In this document: piece by piece, positions 8,541-17,630 of the stretch
How positions within the stretch are numbered: the first letter of the stretch is position 1
Layout: every line of letters begins with the position of its first letter
IMG/VR virus record: IMGVR_UViG_3300042445_001485
Source: a virus
Taxonomy: Duplodnaviria; Caudoviricetes
DNA length: 64,000 nt
Strand: one strand, 5' to 3'
Translations under genes and position numbers: made by a program
The notes under the pieces: model-generated
Database searches by the model: none
Told to the model about the DNA's origin: nothing
The model's input: the letters and a program-made list of their open reading frames with translations, nothing else

Positions 8541-10144
8541 TGTGATCCTTCCAAGTTGTCTAGTGCTGTTGGGTCAAATTCAATTTCATCATCGTCGGCT
8601 TCTGGTTCGTCCACTGAGAATAATGAGTTAAACATGGTGTTGGAGTTTTTGGCTTTTTTGCCTTTGAATCCACGGGTACCAACAATCTCCATCCAATATG
8701 TATCATACATCTCAATGATGTCTAGAGAATCTTGACGAGTGGGAGCCGCAAAGATTGCATCCACAATGTCTTCAAATTTGGCATAGTCTCCGCCCTGGCG
8801 TTGCATCATACCGGGACGCTCGCCTGCATCAAAGCGTCGATTAGCTTCTTGTACCGCGGTAATGTGCATCCAAACATTGTGTCCCATTAGCAATGCATAC
8901 GAGAAACTATCCCACGATGTCTTGCCCCATTTGCCGTTCTTATTGACATCTGGTAGCACATCATACAGGGCTGGATCTTGGAAATTTTCTTCCGTGAGCA
9001 CAACACCTGCTTTGACCACACCTGGATTGTAGATACAGATGTCTTTCATTTTGAACATGTTGCTTAATGGACTGTCTTCCCAGCGAGGATAGATGCCATC
9101 TGCTACCACGCCGTCACTCCACTTGCGTGTGTCTACTGCATACTTCTTATCATCTGCGCTAGGAGCCATACGATAACTCCATTTGCTTTGATCTTCAAAT
9201 ACATTTTCAAAATATACCTGTCCGTTGGCTGTTGCAAGGAACGGACTGGCACAGTCGAATGAGATAGTAAATTGTGGATTAATGTACTTGCGTACTGCTC
9301 GTTGAATTACTGTGAGTAACACAGCCCACTCTAGTTTACTTGTGCCTAAGAAGTGCATCCAATCGTGTACACCTTCTTGTAATAAATTATCATACCGGAG
9401 TGCAATCAGTCGCCTGAGAATCAAATGCACATCACACATGTTCTGTCCACCCATGCCCCAACCATCAAAGTGGCGTCCTGGATACCGCACAGGATCGCAG
9501 TATTCTTTCATAAGTTCGTACCATGCATCTGCATTGGTATGATTGTCACCTTGTAGCACATTTAAAAATCGAGCACCACCTGCATCTTTACCTTTACGGT
9601 GTTTGATAAAGTATTCATTGTTGAACTTGGTGGCTTCCACGGCTTGATCCAATGTTTTAATTTGACAAGCATCACTGGCTTTTTTATCATGTATAACCCA
9701 GGTGGGAATATCTAATCCCATGCCATAGTTACTGATGCTATCCAGCCAAGTTAAAACAGCTTCCCGTTTCTTCTGTGCCTTCAAGCATCCTGAACCAGCC
9801 TTCCAGTCGCCTTCCCATAATCCTTTGGCAATCTGGAATCCACCAGAGTCACCTAGCATCAGTGTGTTGGGATCACGACCTCGAACCATGTCCTCACTAG
9901 CGTCGGGCTTTGTGAGATCTAGGTTAGCATGGCCGCCGGAGTAAAGCGACCATTTATATGGGAACAGACCCTGTTGACTATTAAGCCAATTCATCTGTTC
10001 CATATCCGTTATGCCCTGCGGAAAGCGGGCAGGGTCTACATAATCATTGTTGACTCGTTGTTTGCCTACAAATGTGGCGTAGAAGCCACTAATAGCAGGC
10101 AAGAATACAGCATAGTCTTTTTGTTTACTGGTTAAATCATCCAC
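8537..10144 (-). CDS. TGT-fold guanine transglycosylase, DpdA-like
   Basis: GDSGGFQ, GLDIP, VLQG, GWGMGG, WMHFLG, SFDCASP carry the TGT catalytic Asp, Gln and Gly positions. HxLG is the DpdA/archaeal type. No CxCxxC zinc site. Confidence 0.82.
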   Translation of the reverse strand: MDDLTSKQKDYAVFLPAISGFYATFVGKQRVNNDYVDPARFPQGITDMEQMNWLNSQQGLFPYKWSLYSGGHANLDLTKPDASEDMVRGRDPNTLMLGDSGGFQIAKGLWEGDWKAGSGCLKAQKKREAVLTWLDSISNYGMGLDIPTWVIHDKKASDACQIKTLDQAVEATKFNNEYFIKHRKGKDAGGARFLNVLQGDNHTNADAWYELMKEYCDPVRYPGRHFDGWGMGGQNMCDVHLILRRLIALRYDNLLQEGVHDWMHFLGTSKLEWAVLLTVIQRAVRKYINPQFTISFDCASPFLATANGQVYFENVFEDQSKWSYRMAPSADDKKYAVDTRKWSDGVVADGIYPRWEDSPLSNMFKMKDICIYNPGVVKAGVVLTEENFQDPALYDVLPDVNKNGKWGKTSWDSFSYALLMGHNVWMHITAVQEANRRFDAGERPGMMQRQGGDYAKFEDIVDAIFAAPTRQDSLDIIEMYDTYWMEIVGTRGFKGKKAKNSNTMFNSLFSVDEPEADDDEIEFDPTALDNLEGSQ

Positions 10145-10781
10145 GCCAAAATTTCACTTTACTTATTAATTTGTAGTCTGGAGCATAATGCTGTTTGATT
10201 TTTTCAAGATAAACAGGATTGTCTACTAGGTGTTTAAATATAGTTTTAAATATACTTCTACGAGTATCACCATCGAGACGATCTTCTGTGGTATGTTGAA
10301 AGTCATAATTTGCATATCTAGCGGCTCCGGGAATACCTTGGTTACGCAAGAACTGACTAAAGTGTAGTCGATAATCTTTATCACACCAAAAGAAAGTTGT
10401 TTTACTGGGATCTAACCCCTCAATAAAGTATACTTGTTTTTCTGTATGATCGTCAAATGTAATTTGTTCTATCAGCAGATCGTAAAATGCTTGAGTAAAC
10501 TGACTAGTATCTATGTCACGGTGATATATTGTGAAGTATTCACATATACCACTAAGCCAACGCTCCACAGGATTTCGTAACACAACCATTACATGTTTGT
10601 GATGGAACTGATCCTGGTGATAATTATAAAATTCCCAGTGTTGATCCAGTAAATTATTTTTAGTCCACGAACTGGCATTCTTAGGTATGTTAACATACAT
10701 AAGGTCGAGATTAGGCTTGCTCATGCAAGTACCGAATACATGACCTCTTGGTTCCCAGTATTGGTGGAAAGAAAATGGCAT
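10137..10781 (-). CDS. PAPS-dependent sulfotransferase (family 2-like)
   Basis: YVNIPKNASS (5'-PSB) and LRNPVERWLSG (3'-PB). ATG at 10781 forms a TAATG overlap with the clamp stop. Confidence 0.75.
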   Translation of the reverse strand: MPFSFHQYWEPRGHVFGTCMSKPNLDLMYVNIPKNASSWTKNNLLDQHWEFYNYHQDQFHHKHVMVVLRNPVERWLSGICEYFTIYHRDIDTSQFTQAFYDLLIEQITFDDHTEKQVYFIEGLDPSKTTFFWCDKDYRLHFSQFLRNQGIPGAARYANYDFQHTTEDRLDGDTRRSIFKTIFKHLVDNPVYLEKIKQHYAPDYKLISKVKFWRG

Positions 10782-11512
10782 TACTTGGTCTGTGCTGGTA
10801 ATGTATAGTTCCAAACAGCAACCCCAGAGTCCACAGTAATCTGTGCGGCACCCTCATCACTGATTCTAAATGCCTTGTCTCCGGGCAGGGCCAAGATAGC
10901 CATAACAGCCGAGACTGGCCATGACCATGCCTTGCTCAGTGTGCCTGTGACTCCGGCCTGGAACACAAAGTTACCAGCGTGACTGGCATGATCACCAAAG
11001 AAGAATTTCAAGTCGCCGTTTTCTGTTCGAGCAGTAAAAGTGGTTTCGTCACTGTTAGCACTGGCTTGAAAACGCAGGCGCTGAATGTTTTGTACAGTGG
11101 GCGCAAAGTCCACATTCCATTTAACTGGACGCATCTTTTGATTCTTTAACTTGTCGTTGATGATTTCCGCCGACATAAAACGATAATCGTTTTTAAAGTC
11201 GCCGGCTTTGTTTTCAAAGTGAATACCAACTGGAACCGACTCGCCGTTGCGATCTTGTTTGGTGATTGTGAGCTTGGCATCTTCCTTGTATTCTGGAATA
11301 CCCAATATAGTGTTCAACTTGGCCAAGTTTGGCATACCAAAAGTGCCAACAAAGTCTGGGTGTGCGCCTTTAAATACTGCGTCCACCACAACTGTTTTGT
11401 CTTCGGCCAGAGCAATAACTCGAGTTTCGGCATCTGTGCCTGTGACCTTGACCAAGTCAATAGTGCCTAGTCCGTGTGTGTGCTGTACAATGTCTTTCAA
11501 ATAGTCTTGCAT
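10781..11512 (-). CDS. Sliding clamp (gp45/PCNA-like)
   Basis: 243 aa, two-domain beta-rich pattern, located near polB. Assignment from size, context and recollection of homologues. Confidence 0.6.
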   Translation of the reverse strand: MQDYLKDIVQHTHGLGTIDLVKVTGTDAETRVIALAEDKTVVVDAVFKGAHPDFVGTFGMPNLAKLNTILGIPEYKEDAKLTITKQDRNGESVPVGIHFENKAGDFKNDYRFMSAEIINDKLKNQKMRPVKWNVDFAPTVQNIQRLRFQASANSDETTFTARTENGDLKFFFGDHASHAGNFVFQAGVTGTLSKAWSWPVSAVMAILALPGDKAFRISDEGAAQITVDSGVAVWNYTLPAQTK

Positions 11513-11534
11513 TGAGTTTCTCCTGTTAATGTGT

Positions 11535-11576
11535 ATTATAGATGATTGTATTTAGACCTGTCAACTTATTTGACAG
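11535..11576 (-). promoter_or_regulatory. Sigma70-type promoter with internal late TAAATA and an inverted repeat over the -35
   Basis: Minus strand TTGACA(11564-11559)-N18-TATAAT(11540-11535). TAAATA at 11554-11549. Inverted repeat CTGTCAA/TTGACAG at 11558-11576. Confidence 0.75.
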
Positions 11577-12498
11577 TTTTTTCTTTGATGATGCCCAGAG
11601 CCTGATGTCCTTTTACAGTAAACAATTCTCCCGGTTTCTTGAGTTCAAGCCAACTAACAGCAGGCTCATAGTCTCGGGCATAAGTTATTTCAAAGCCTAA
11701 TTGTTGACATACCGGCACCAACATACTTTTGGGAACATAACTCATAAAGTAGCTTTCAGCATAGGCCGCACCATCAGGCAAATCGCCGTTGTTGTAACTA
11801 AACATGAAAACACCACCTGGGCGCAGTAAATTGTAAACTTGTCGTAGTATTTTCTTAATTGAATCTAGACTTTTGTAATTAAAATGATTCCATGAAAACA
11901 CAAGATTAAATTGTTTTTGTGGAAGTATGCCATACTCATCATTGGTAATTACATATGGTCGCATTCGGCGTTGATACTCTGCGGCATAATTACCTATGGT
12001 TGCATCCAGGAATTCTTGATGTTCGTCTGCCAAGTATAACGGATCGCTTGCCACTAAGAAGTTAGTCCATTCTCCATCTCTGCAACCGATTTCCAGTGCT
12101 GGGTATTTCCAAGACGAGTATAACGCAATTCTGCTTTCTATCTCTTGTTGTATTTGGCCGGGAATGTACATCACACGAACTTTACGAATACTGGCAGGAC
12201 CGTCGTATTGCAGTTCTAGTTCGTAGTTGTCTAAAAAGAACAATGAGCTTTTGGCATTGATCTCTGCATTGATCTCATCAATGATTTGTTGTACACGCTC
12301 TGTGGGAGCCAATACCGCTGTGCGAATATCTCTATAGTCTTTGATCAACTCGTTGAGCATACCACTATACGTGTCAGATGCACCCTGGCTGGCCAGACCT
12401 ATGTTTAATCGCAGGTTATCAACACTGGCCAGTACAGGGTCCAGAAAGAAAGATGCTTTTAGTCTTTCTCTTAGGGAAACAAGTTCACTTAATTTCAT
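11566..12498 (-). CDS. Class I SAM-dependent methyltransferase with N-terminal helical region
   Basis: LEIGCRDG, FNLVFSWNHF, LLRPGGVFMFSY. Confidence 0.78.
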   Translation of the reverse strand: MKLSELVSLRERLKASFFLDPVLASVDNLRLNIGLASQGASDTYSGMLNELIKDYRDIRTAVLAPTERVQQIIDEINAEINAKSSLFFLDNYELELQYDGPASIRKVRVMYIPGQIQQEIESRIALYSSWKYPALEIGCRDGEWTNFLVASDPLYLADEHQEFLDATIGNYAAEYQRRMRPYVITNDEYGILPQKQFNLVFSWNHFNYKSLDSIKKILRQVYNLLRPGGVFMFSYNNGDLPDGAAYAESYFMSYVPKSMLVPVCQQLGFEITYARDYEPAVSWLELKKPGELFTVKGHQALGIIKEKTVK

Positions 12499-12505
12499 AA
12501 TTGTA

Positions 12506-15169
12506 TTACTCAAATGTAAATAGACTATCAAATGTTGATTTGGTGTCAGTGCTAGATAAAATATCCCAATCCAACACACCCAATAGGTTTTCTATCTTTT
12601 GATCTACAATACCTGTTTCCATCAAGTTCTGATCAAACGGCAAATCTTTAAACCATTGTGGTATGTGTGTTTCATCTGTGGGATAACCAACGCTGGTATA
12701 ACCTAATGGATTATCTTTTAGTTTACACACAACAGTTTTCATTCCATCGATGATTTGCAACGAATAGTTATCCCCGTGCATCCTTCTCAGGTTGTTCCAG
12801 TTCATTGCGGCTCTTACATGTCCCGGCATGTTGGCTCGACCTAATCTAGCTTCTTCTGCTGTATATTTGGTTAAATTGTTTACACGCTTGGGAGTACCCT
12901 TTTCCCAGGCTGGTCTTTCTTGGAACGCATACTTGAATTCTTTAATTTTTTCAATTACTTTTTCTCTGGCATCATCGCTGGTTAGCACATCCATGAGAAT
13001 TTCACTTAGGAACTCTTGTACAATTTTAGGAGTGTCACTGCGTTTCAAATCAAGTCCCATGGCTTTTACTTTGCCCGGTTTACCATTCACATCCAAGCGA
13101 TTGTTTTCCATATCGTAGATCAATACAGCATAACGCTTCTTCTTGATAAACAGGCCTTTGCGAGCCACAAGCTCGCGACCACCCATGATGATTGCACCCA
13201 TTTCTCGGGGGCAATGGCAGGCCCGTTCCATAAACCCCGGAAACGATTCGTTCACACCATCAGCGATGGTGTCGTACAGTTGTACAGCAATGTCTTTGTT
13301 CCATTCCATTGCACCTGCGGCTACTTCCGCTTGGACCGCTGGCCACGCTGTAAAGTATACCGAGTCTGTGTCGCCATAGATAATGCTCGAACCAACGTGG
13401 TCGTAGTTGCCTGTAATTGCTTGGTTAACTGTGGCGTCCATGTGCTTGGCAATGATCCTACCAGTAAGTGTCGTACTTTGGCCAATTCGTTGGTCAAAGA
13501 ACCTGCAATGTGGGTTGAGGATAGCCCCGTAGAGCGAATTAAGATTGATCTTTTTAACGAGTTGGCGTTTATCCCAGAATGCTTTGTCTTCAGTAGCTTC
13601 TGCGGTTTTCTTTTTTGCTTGCATTTCTTGTCTTTCTGCATACCACCTTTCTAGCAGTCCGGGAATAATACCCTTCATGTCATATCTAAATATAGTACCA
13701 TTGGCACTGAGTGTCCACGGCTGATTACCATTGAATATTAATCGCCAAACTTCAGCGGCACTATGAATTGTCTCTTCACCGCTTTCCCAATCTATGGTTA
13801 TTTCTGCGCCAAGTTCATTGGCCATCACGGATTGATATTCCAAGGTACCAAACATGTTTTCCCACGCATCAGCAAAAGATGAACCTGCTGCCATCTTTTC
13901 CTTGATGTAGTGGTCGGTCATTGTGGTCCGGAGTTGACCAACGATGGTTTCTGGGCCCATGTTAAGGGCTCTAATAGCCGAGGGGTAGAGACTGTTGATG
14001 TCGATTGCGCCAATGTATTCATGGACGCCTTTTTTGGGATAAGCAACATAGGCACCTGCGGCTTGCGTTTCTCTTGGATCATCTTTGCTCTTTCTATTAG
14101 GAACAATCATACCACGCTGGTGAGCTTCATTAATGATAGCCTGCTCTGTTACTGCAACCGCACCCATTGTGGTTGGTAACAACACCGTGTTGTCGTGAGC
14201 AAGTTCATTGGCCAAGTCCAGGAAGCGAAGCTTCTTGTCCAGTTTGGCCAATAGCATGGTATCTTGTCTGTTATAGTCAATGAACTTGGGAAAGTCCTTG
14301 TTGTACAATTGATCCAGGGTGCCTTCGTAAGCAACCTTACTACCACATTCTTCATACTCACCAATTGCGTCTAGACTATAACTGTGTCGTTCCTCGTAGG
14401 TGTACTTGCGGTACAGTTGCATATAATCCATATGCACCCGACCAGCCAAGTCAAAAGTCAAATTTTCAGCACCAAAGCGTTCAAAGGTTCTTTGCTTGGG
14501 TAATTGTCCCCATAGACAAAAGCGTCTTGTATCATCCTTGCTGAGCACACGAGTGATACGCATCACAGTATAGGGAATATCAAAACCTTCCGAGTTCCAT
14601 CCGCTAAGGATATCGGCATCTTCGATCAAGTCAAGGAATGTGTTTAACATATCCTCTTCTCTTTCAAACAAATAGCAATTGTCGTATCTGTTGCAAATCT
14701 CTTCGGCGGTTTCCCACGAATAGCTTTTTGGTGGAACTACAAGTGTTACTAACTTGTCCATCCAATCCAAGTATATAGATATTGCTGTCACAGGATTAAA
14801 TGGGTCTTCGGGCTTTGAAAAGCCACGCTGGGGATCAAAGTCTACCTCAATGTCAAAAAATGCAGTCTGTAACTTGGGACTGTTTACACCCGAGTAGTTT
14901 CCTTCAAGGCAACGAAATATGGGATTGATATCACTTTCCCACAGTCTCTTACCTGAATTAATTTTCAACTCTTTTTGGAATTCTTTGCTGTTACGACTAC
15001 TAAACCTGCTGACAGGGGTATCGTAAATTGTACGGAATTTGCCACGCGGATCATCATAGTAAAAAATATAATCAGCCGGGTACTCACGATATACTCGTTC
15101 TCCGTTGACTCGCTCAACTATGTGTATCCGATCTTTTGCTCTATCAAATAGAGCATCTACATAACTCAT
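12506..15169 (-). CDS. Family B DNA polymerase (gp43-like)
   Basis: Exonuclease motifs FFDIEVD, GWNSEGFDIPY, YNRQD. Polymerase motifs DINSLYPS, KINLNSLYG, YGDTDS, KKRY. Confidence 0.96.
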   Translation of the reverse strand: MSYVDALFDRAKDRIHIVERVNGERVYREYPADYIFYYDDPRGKFRTIYDTPVSRFSSRNSKEFQKELKINSGKRLWESDINPIFRCLEGNYSGVNSPKLQTAFFDIEVDFDPQRGFSKPEDPFNPVTAISIYLDWMDKLVTLVVPPKSYSWETAEEICNRYDNCYLFEREEDMLNTFLDLIEDADILSGWNSEGFDIPYTVMRITRVLSKDDTRRFCLWGQLPKQRTFERFGAENLTFDLAGRVHMDYMQLYRKYTYEERHSYSLDAIGEYEECGSKVAYEGTLDQLYNKDFPKFIDYNRQDTMLLAKLDKKLRFLDLANELAHDNTVLLPTTMGAVAVTEQAIINEAHQRGMIVPNRKSKDDPRETQAAGAYVAYPKKGVHEYIGAIDINSLYPSAIRALNMGPETIVGQLRTTMTDHYIKEKMAAGSSFADAWENMFGTLEYQSVMANELGAEITIDWESGEETIHSAAEVWRLIFNGNQPWTLSANGTIFRYDMKGIIPGLLERWYAERQEMQAKKKTAEATEDKAFWDKRQLVKKINLNSLYGAILNPHCRFFDQRIGQSTTLTGRIIAKHMDATVNQAITGNYDHVGSSIIYGDTDSVYFTAWPAVQAEVAAGAMEWNKDIAVQLYDTIADGVNESFPGFMERACHCPREMGAIIMGGRELVARKGLFIKKKRYAVLIYDMENNRLDVNGKPGKVKAMGLDLKRSDTPKIVQEFLSEILMDVLTSDDAREKVIEKIKEFKYAFQERPAWEKGTPKRVNNLTKYTAEEARLGRANMPGHVRAAMNWNNLRRMHGDNYSLQIIDGMKTVVCKLKDNPLGYTSVGYPTDETHIPQWFKDLPFDQNLMETGIVDQKIENLLGVLDWDILSSTDTKSTFDSLFTFE

Positions 15170-15249
15170 TCATCTGTCCTTTGTGTAACTTTGAGCTTAC
15201 ACAACTCTGCATGCCGTTTCAAGTCCGGCGAGACTAGTAACAATATTTA
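15170..15249 (-). promoter_or_regulatory. polB leader: late promoter plus two hairpins abutting the SD
   Basis: TAAATA at 15249-15244, GCCG/CGGC stem, perfect 8-bp TTGTGTAA/TTACACAA stem (15181-15204) directly before AGGA. Confidence 0.55.
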
Positions 15250-15252
15250 TCT

Positions 15253-15543
15253 TCATTGAGTGAGCATACGCACAAGTCCAACGGTGTCGATAGTGACTAG
15301 CAGGATATAATTAGCCAGCATACCAAAGGAACGACGACTATAAGCGCACCAAGCATATATAGCACAACCTGTAATCCAAATTGGGTACATGGTGAGAAGG
15401 GGAGGATTAGGCACGGTGAGTGCCATGGTGATACTACACCCAATAGATATAGCCCAAGCTAAAACCTCAAAACAAAAACGAAGTCTATCGCTTTTATAAT
15501 CTTCTCGGATCCAGTTAGCGGTTCCACTAAGGATGGCATTCAT
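15253..15543 (-). CDS. Small membrane protein (about 3 TM)
   Basis: Hydrophobic 96-aa ORF coupled to the upstream gene. Confidence 0.7.
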   Translation of the reverse strand: MNAILSGTANWIREDYKSDRLRFCFEVLAWAISIGCSITMALTVPNPPLLTMYPIWITGCAIYAWCAYSRRSFGMLANYILLVTIDTVGLVRMLTQ

Positions 15544-15809
15544 TACAGCCTTTTGCCAGCAACTTCAAGAATAGTGTTTAGTTCATCGTGATCACGATTT
15601 GTTTCGCCGAGCTTGGCCTTATGTGCAATACGGATTGCCTTCTTTAGTGTGGCCGGTTTGATTTCTAATTCTTCACCAATGGCCTTGATAGTTTCACTAA
15701 GACCAGTGTTGAGATCTTCAACTTCTTGCATGACCTGCATGCCTTCATTGATCAATTGTGTGAGTTTGATTTTGGCCTCGCCGTTGAAGCTACGATTATA
15801 GTCTGACAT
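15543..15809 (-). CDS. dsDNA-binding protein (T4 DsbA/GapR-like)
   Basis: EVEDLNTGLSETIKAIGEELEIKPATLKKAIRIAHK pattern. AGGAG SD and upstream TATAAT. Confidence 0.65.
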   Translation of the reverse strand: MSDYNRSFNGEAKIKLTQLINEGMQVMQEVEDLNTGLSETIKAIGEELEIKPATLKKAIRIAHKAKLGETNRDHDELNTILEVAGKRL

Positions 15810-15865
15810 GTTTTCTCCTGATTAAAAAGTTATTATACACTAATTGCTAACAAATGCAACAAGTG

Positions 15866-17047
15866 TTATCCCCTAAATTTTTCTAATTGTAAAATACAAG
15901 ACTCGGTTAGATCTGGATATTCGCTATGATATCCAATCCAATCTTTATCCCACAACAACGGTCTTTTAGTCGAAACATATGCGTTATCATCGTACACTGG
16001 TACACTTTCAATTTTAGTTTTATGAGTTCGGTATGTATCGTTACCATCTAGGTCGTAGATGTAATCTTTGGCCTGTTTTTTATGATTCTTCCTATCATTT
16101 CCGACATGATATGGTAAGTTACTGTAGCTCCATTGCTGAAATCGAGCTGTGTTAAAGAATGAATTTTCACAATAACTTTGTATATTTTCTCTAGTGGTTG
16201 CTGCCAATTCAGATCCATTGGTCTTTCTTCTAAAAAACGGACGCATAAGACTATATTGCCATTTAAAGTTTATGTAATGCCACCACCACCAATCGGCCAC
16301 ATTCTTAATACCGTCGGGGGCTACTTCTTCTAGATTAGCAGTAATTCTTTCCGAATACCATTTACCTATTCCGGGAACATTAAATTGAAGAACTGCTTCC
16401 TTGTTTCTTTCTTCGATTGTTTTTGCAATATAATCTAAATGATTTTTATATGATTCAAGGTGCTTACGATCATGCATTAATGATTCGTACATAGATATGC
16501 TAGGACCGAATAAACAATCTCCAGGATCTCCGTGTAGTATAATATTTTTTTCGAAAAACTCATTTGTAAAATTAACTGTTAACCAAGACACACAATTTAT
16601 TTTTTTAGAAATTTGAGTTTGGAAAAAATTATAATTTTCCATAATGCTGTTTAATGTAAGAACCACTGTGACATTTTGTAAATCAGCGGCACTAAGATTT
16701 TTAATAAACGAAGACACAACTAAGGTACTATCAATACCACCCGACCACATGATCAGTATGCGTTTGTTTTGATCTTTGGCAATTTGATTTAATTCTATTG
16801 CTCTATGATCTACAATATCACTTAGACTATCTGTGATATGAATCAATGGTGGTAATTTAAATAATGGATCAGTTGGTGTATGCCATGGTGTTTCGAATGT
16901 GCCGGACCTGGCTCGTAAATCTGACACGGCCATTACAATATATCGTTGTGCCACCCAAAATCTACCCTTTGGGTTTCTAATTTTGGTATTGGGTTTTATC
17001 ATGATACAGGAGTTATTCTTTATTAATTCAGTAACATCTACGGTCAT
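15866..17047 (-). CDS. PP-loop ATP pyrophosphatase, asparagine-synthetase C-terminal-like
   Basis: IMWSGGIDST and LHGDPGDCLFG (AsnB GEGxDExFG equivalent). No glutaminase domain. Confidence 0.7.
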   Translation of the reverse strand: MTVDVTELIKNNSCIMIKPNTKIRNPKGRFWVAQRYIVMAVSDLRARSGTFETPWHTPTDPLFKLPPLIHITDSLSDIVDHRAIELNQIAKDQNKRILIMWSGGIDSTLVVSSFIKNLSAADLQNVTVVLTLNSIMENYNFFQTQISKKINCVSWLTVNFTNEFFEKNIILHGDPGDCLFGPSISMYESLMHDRKHLESYKNHLDYIAKTIEERNKEAVLQFNVPGIGKWYSERITANLEEVAPDGIKNVADWWWWHYINFKWQYSLMRPFFRRKTNGSELAATTRENIQSYCENSFFNTARFQQWSYSNLPYHVGNDRKNHKKQAKDYIYDLDGNDTYRTHKTKIESVPVYDDNAYVSTKRPLLWDKDWIGYHSEYPDLTESCILQLEKFRG

Positions 17048-17586
17048 AATTTTTCCTTTACCAACTCAGCGGTTAGATGATATGCTGTGGTAGAATAATC
17101 AATGGGATATTGATCTAACTCGTTAAAAAACCAATCGCTTATCTCTTCTACAGATTTGGTGTAGTTTGCGCTTAGTAATTTATTGAAAACAAATGATTTG
17201 TGTGCCTGACAACTGGGTATATGGTTAGTTAAACTATCAAACTCGAGTTTATACAATTCTTCAACAATCAAATTGTTACAACCAACTGTGTCTAAGAAAT
17301 CTTTAGTGATTGTTAATAAGTCCAATTGGAAGTTTGTTAATTCTTTTTTCTCCATTAGAATTTTGATACTAAGCAATTCAGCTTCTACTATATTAAGAAT
17401 CCATTGTAGTTTTCTTTCTATATCTGTGCCCATAGGCCTATGAGTTCTATCAAGCGGACGAACTTCAAACAAAAAATACCGACTTATCAATAGTTGTGTA
17501 AACTTTAATGCTTCTAAATTGGGTGAAGCCAATAGAATTTTGTTAGAAGCCTGGGCCGATAGCCCCCATTTTCGATTATCATTCAT
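17044..17586 (-). CDS. Hypothetical helical protein
   Basis: ATG 6 nt downstream of a -10 box, ATGA-coupled to the PP-loop gene. Confidence 0.65.
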   Translation of the reverse strand: MNDNRKWGLSAQASNKILLASPNLEALKFTQLLISRYFLFEVRPLDRTHRPMGTDIERKLQWILNIVEAELLSIKILMEKKELTNFQLDLLTITKDFLDTVGCNNLIVEELYKLEFDSLTNHIPSCQAHKSFVFNKLLSANYTKSVEEISDWFFNELDQYPIDYSTTAYHLTAELVKEKL

Positions 17587-17592
17587 AGATGT

Positions 17593-17621
17593 ATTATAAC
17601 ATAGTTTAAGTTGAAAAGCAA
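17593..17621 (-). promoter_or_regulatory. Sigma70-type promoter (probably leaderless transcript)
   Basis: TTGCTT-N17-TATAAT-N6-ATG. Confidence 0.65.
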
Positions 17622-17630
17622 GATTAAAAA

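Noticed and set aside
13016-13654. Long plus-strand ORFs (also 23413-23967, 30493-31065, 48084-48785, 53990-54526)
   Set aside because: They are antisense shadows of well-supported minus-strand genes, with no RBS or recognisable motifs.
12506-15169. Intein or intron in the DNA polymerase
   Set aside because: The 887-aa ORF is continuous with normal motif spacing and no LAGLIDADG or HN-C junctions.
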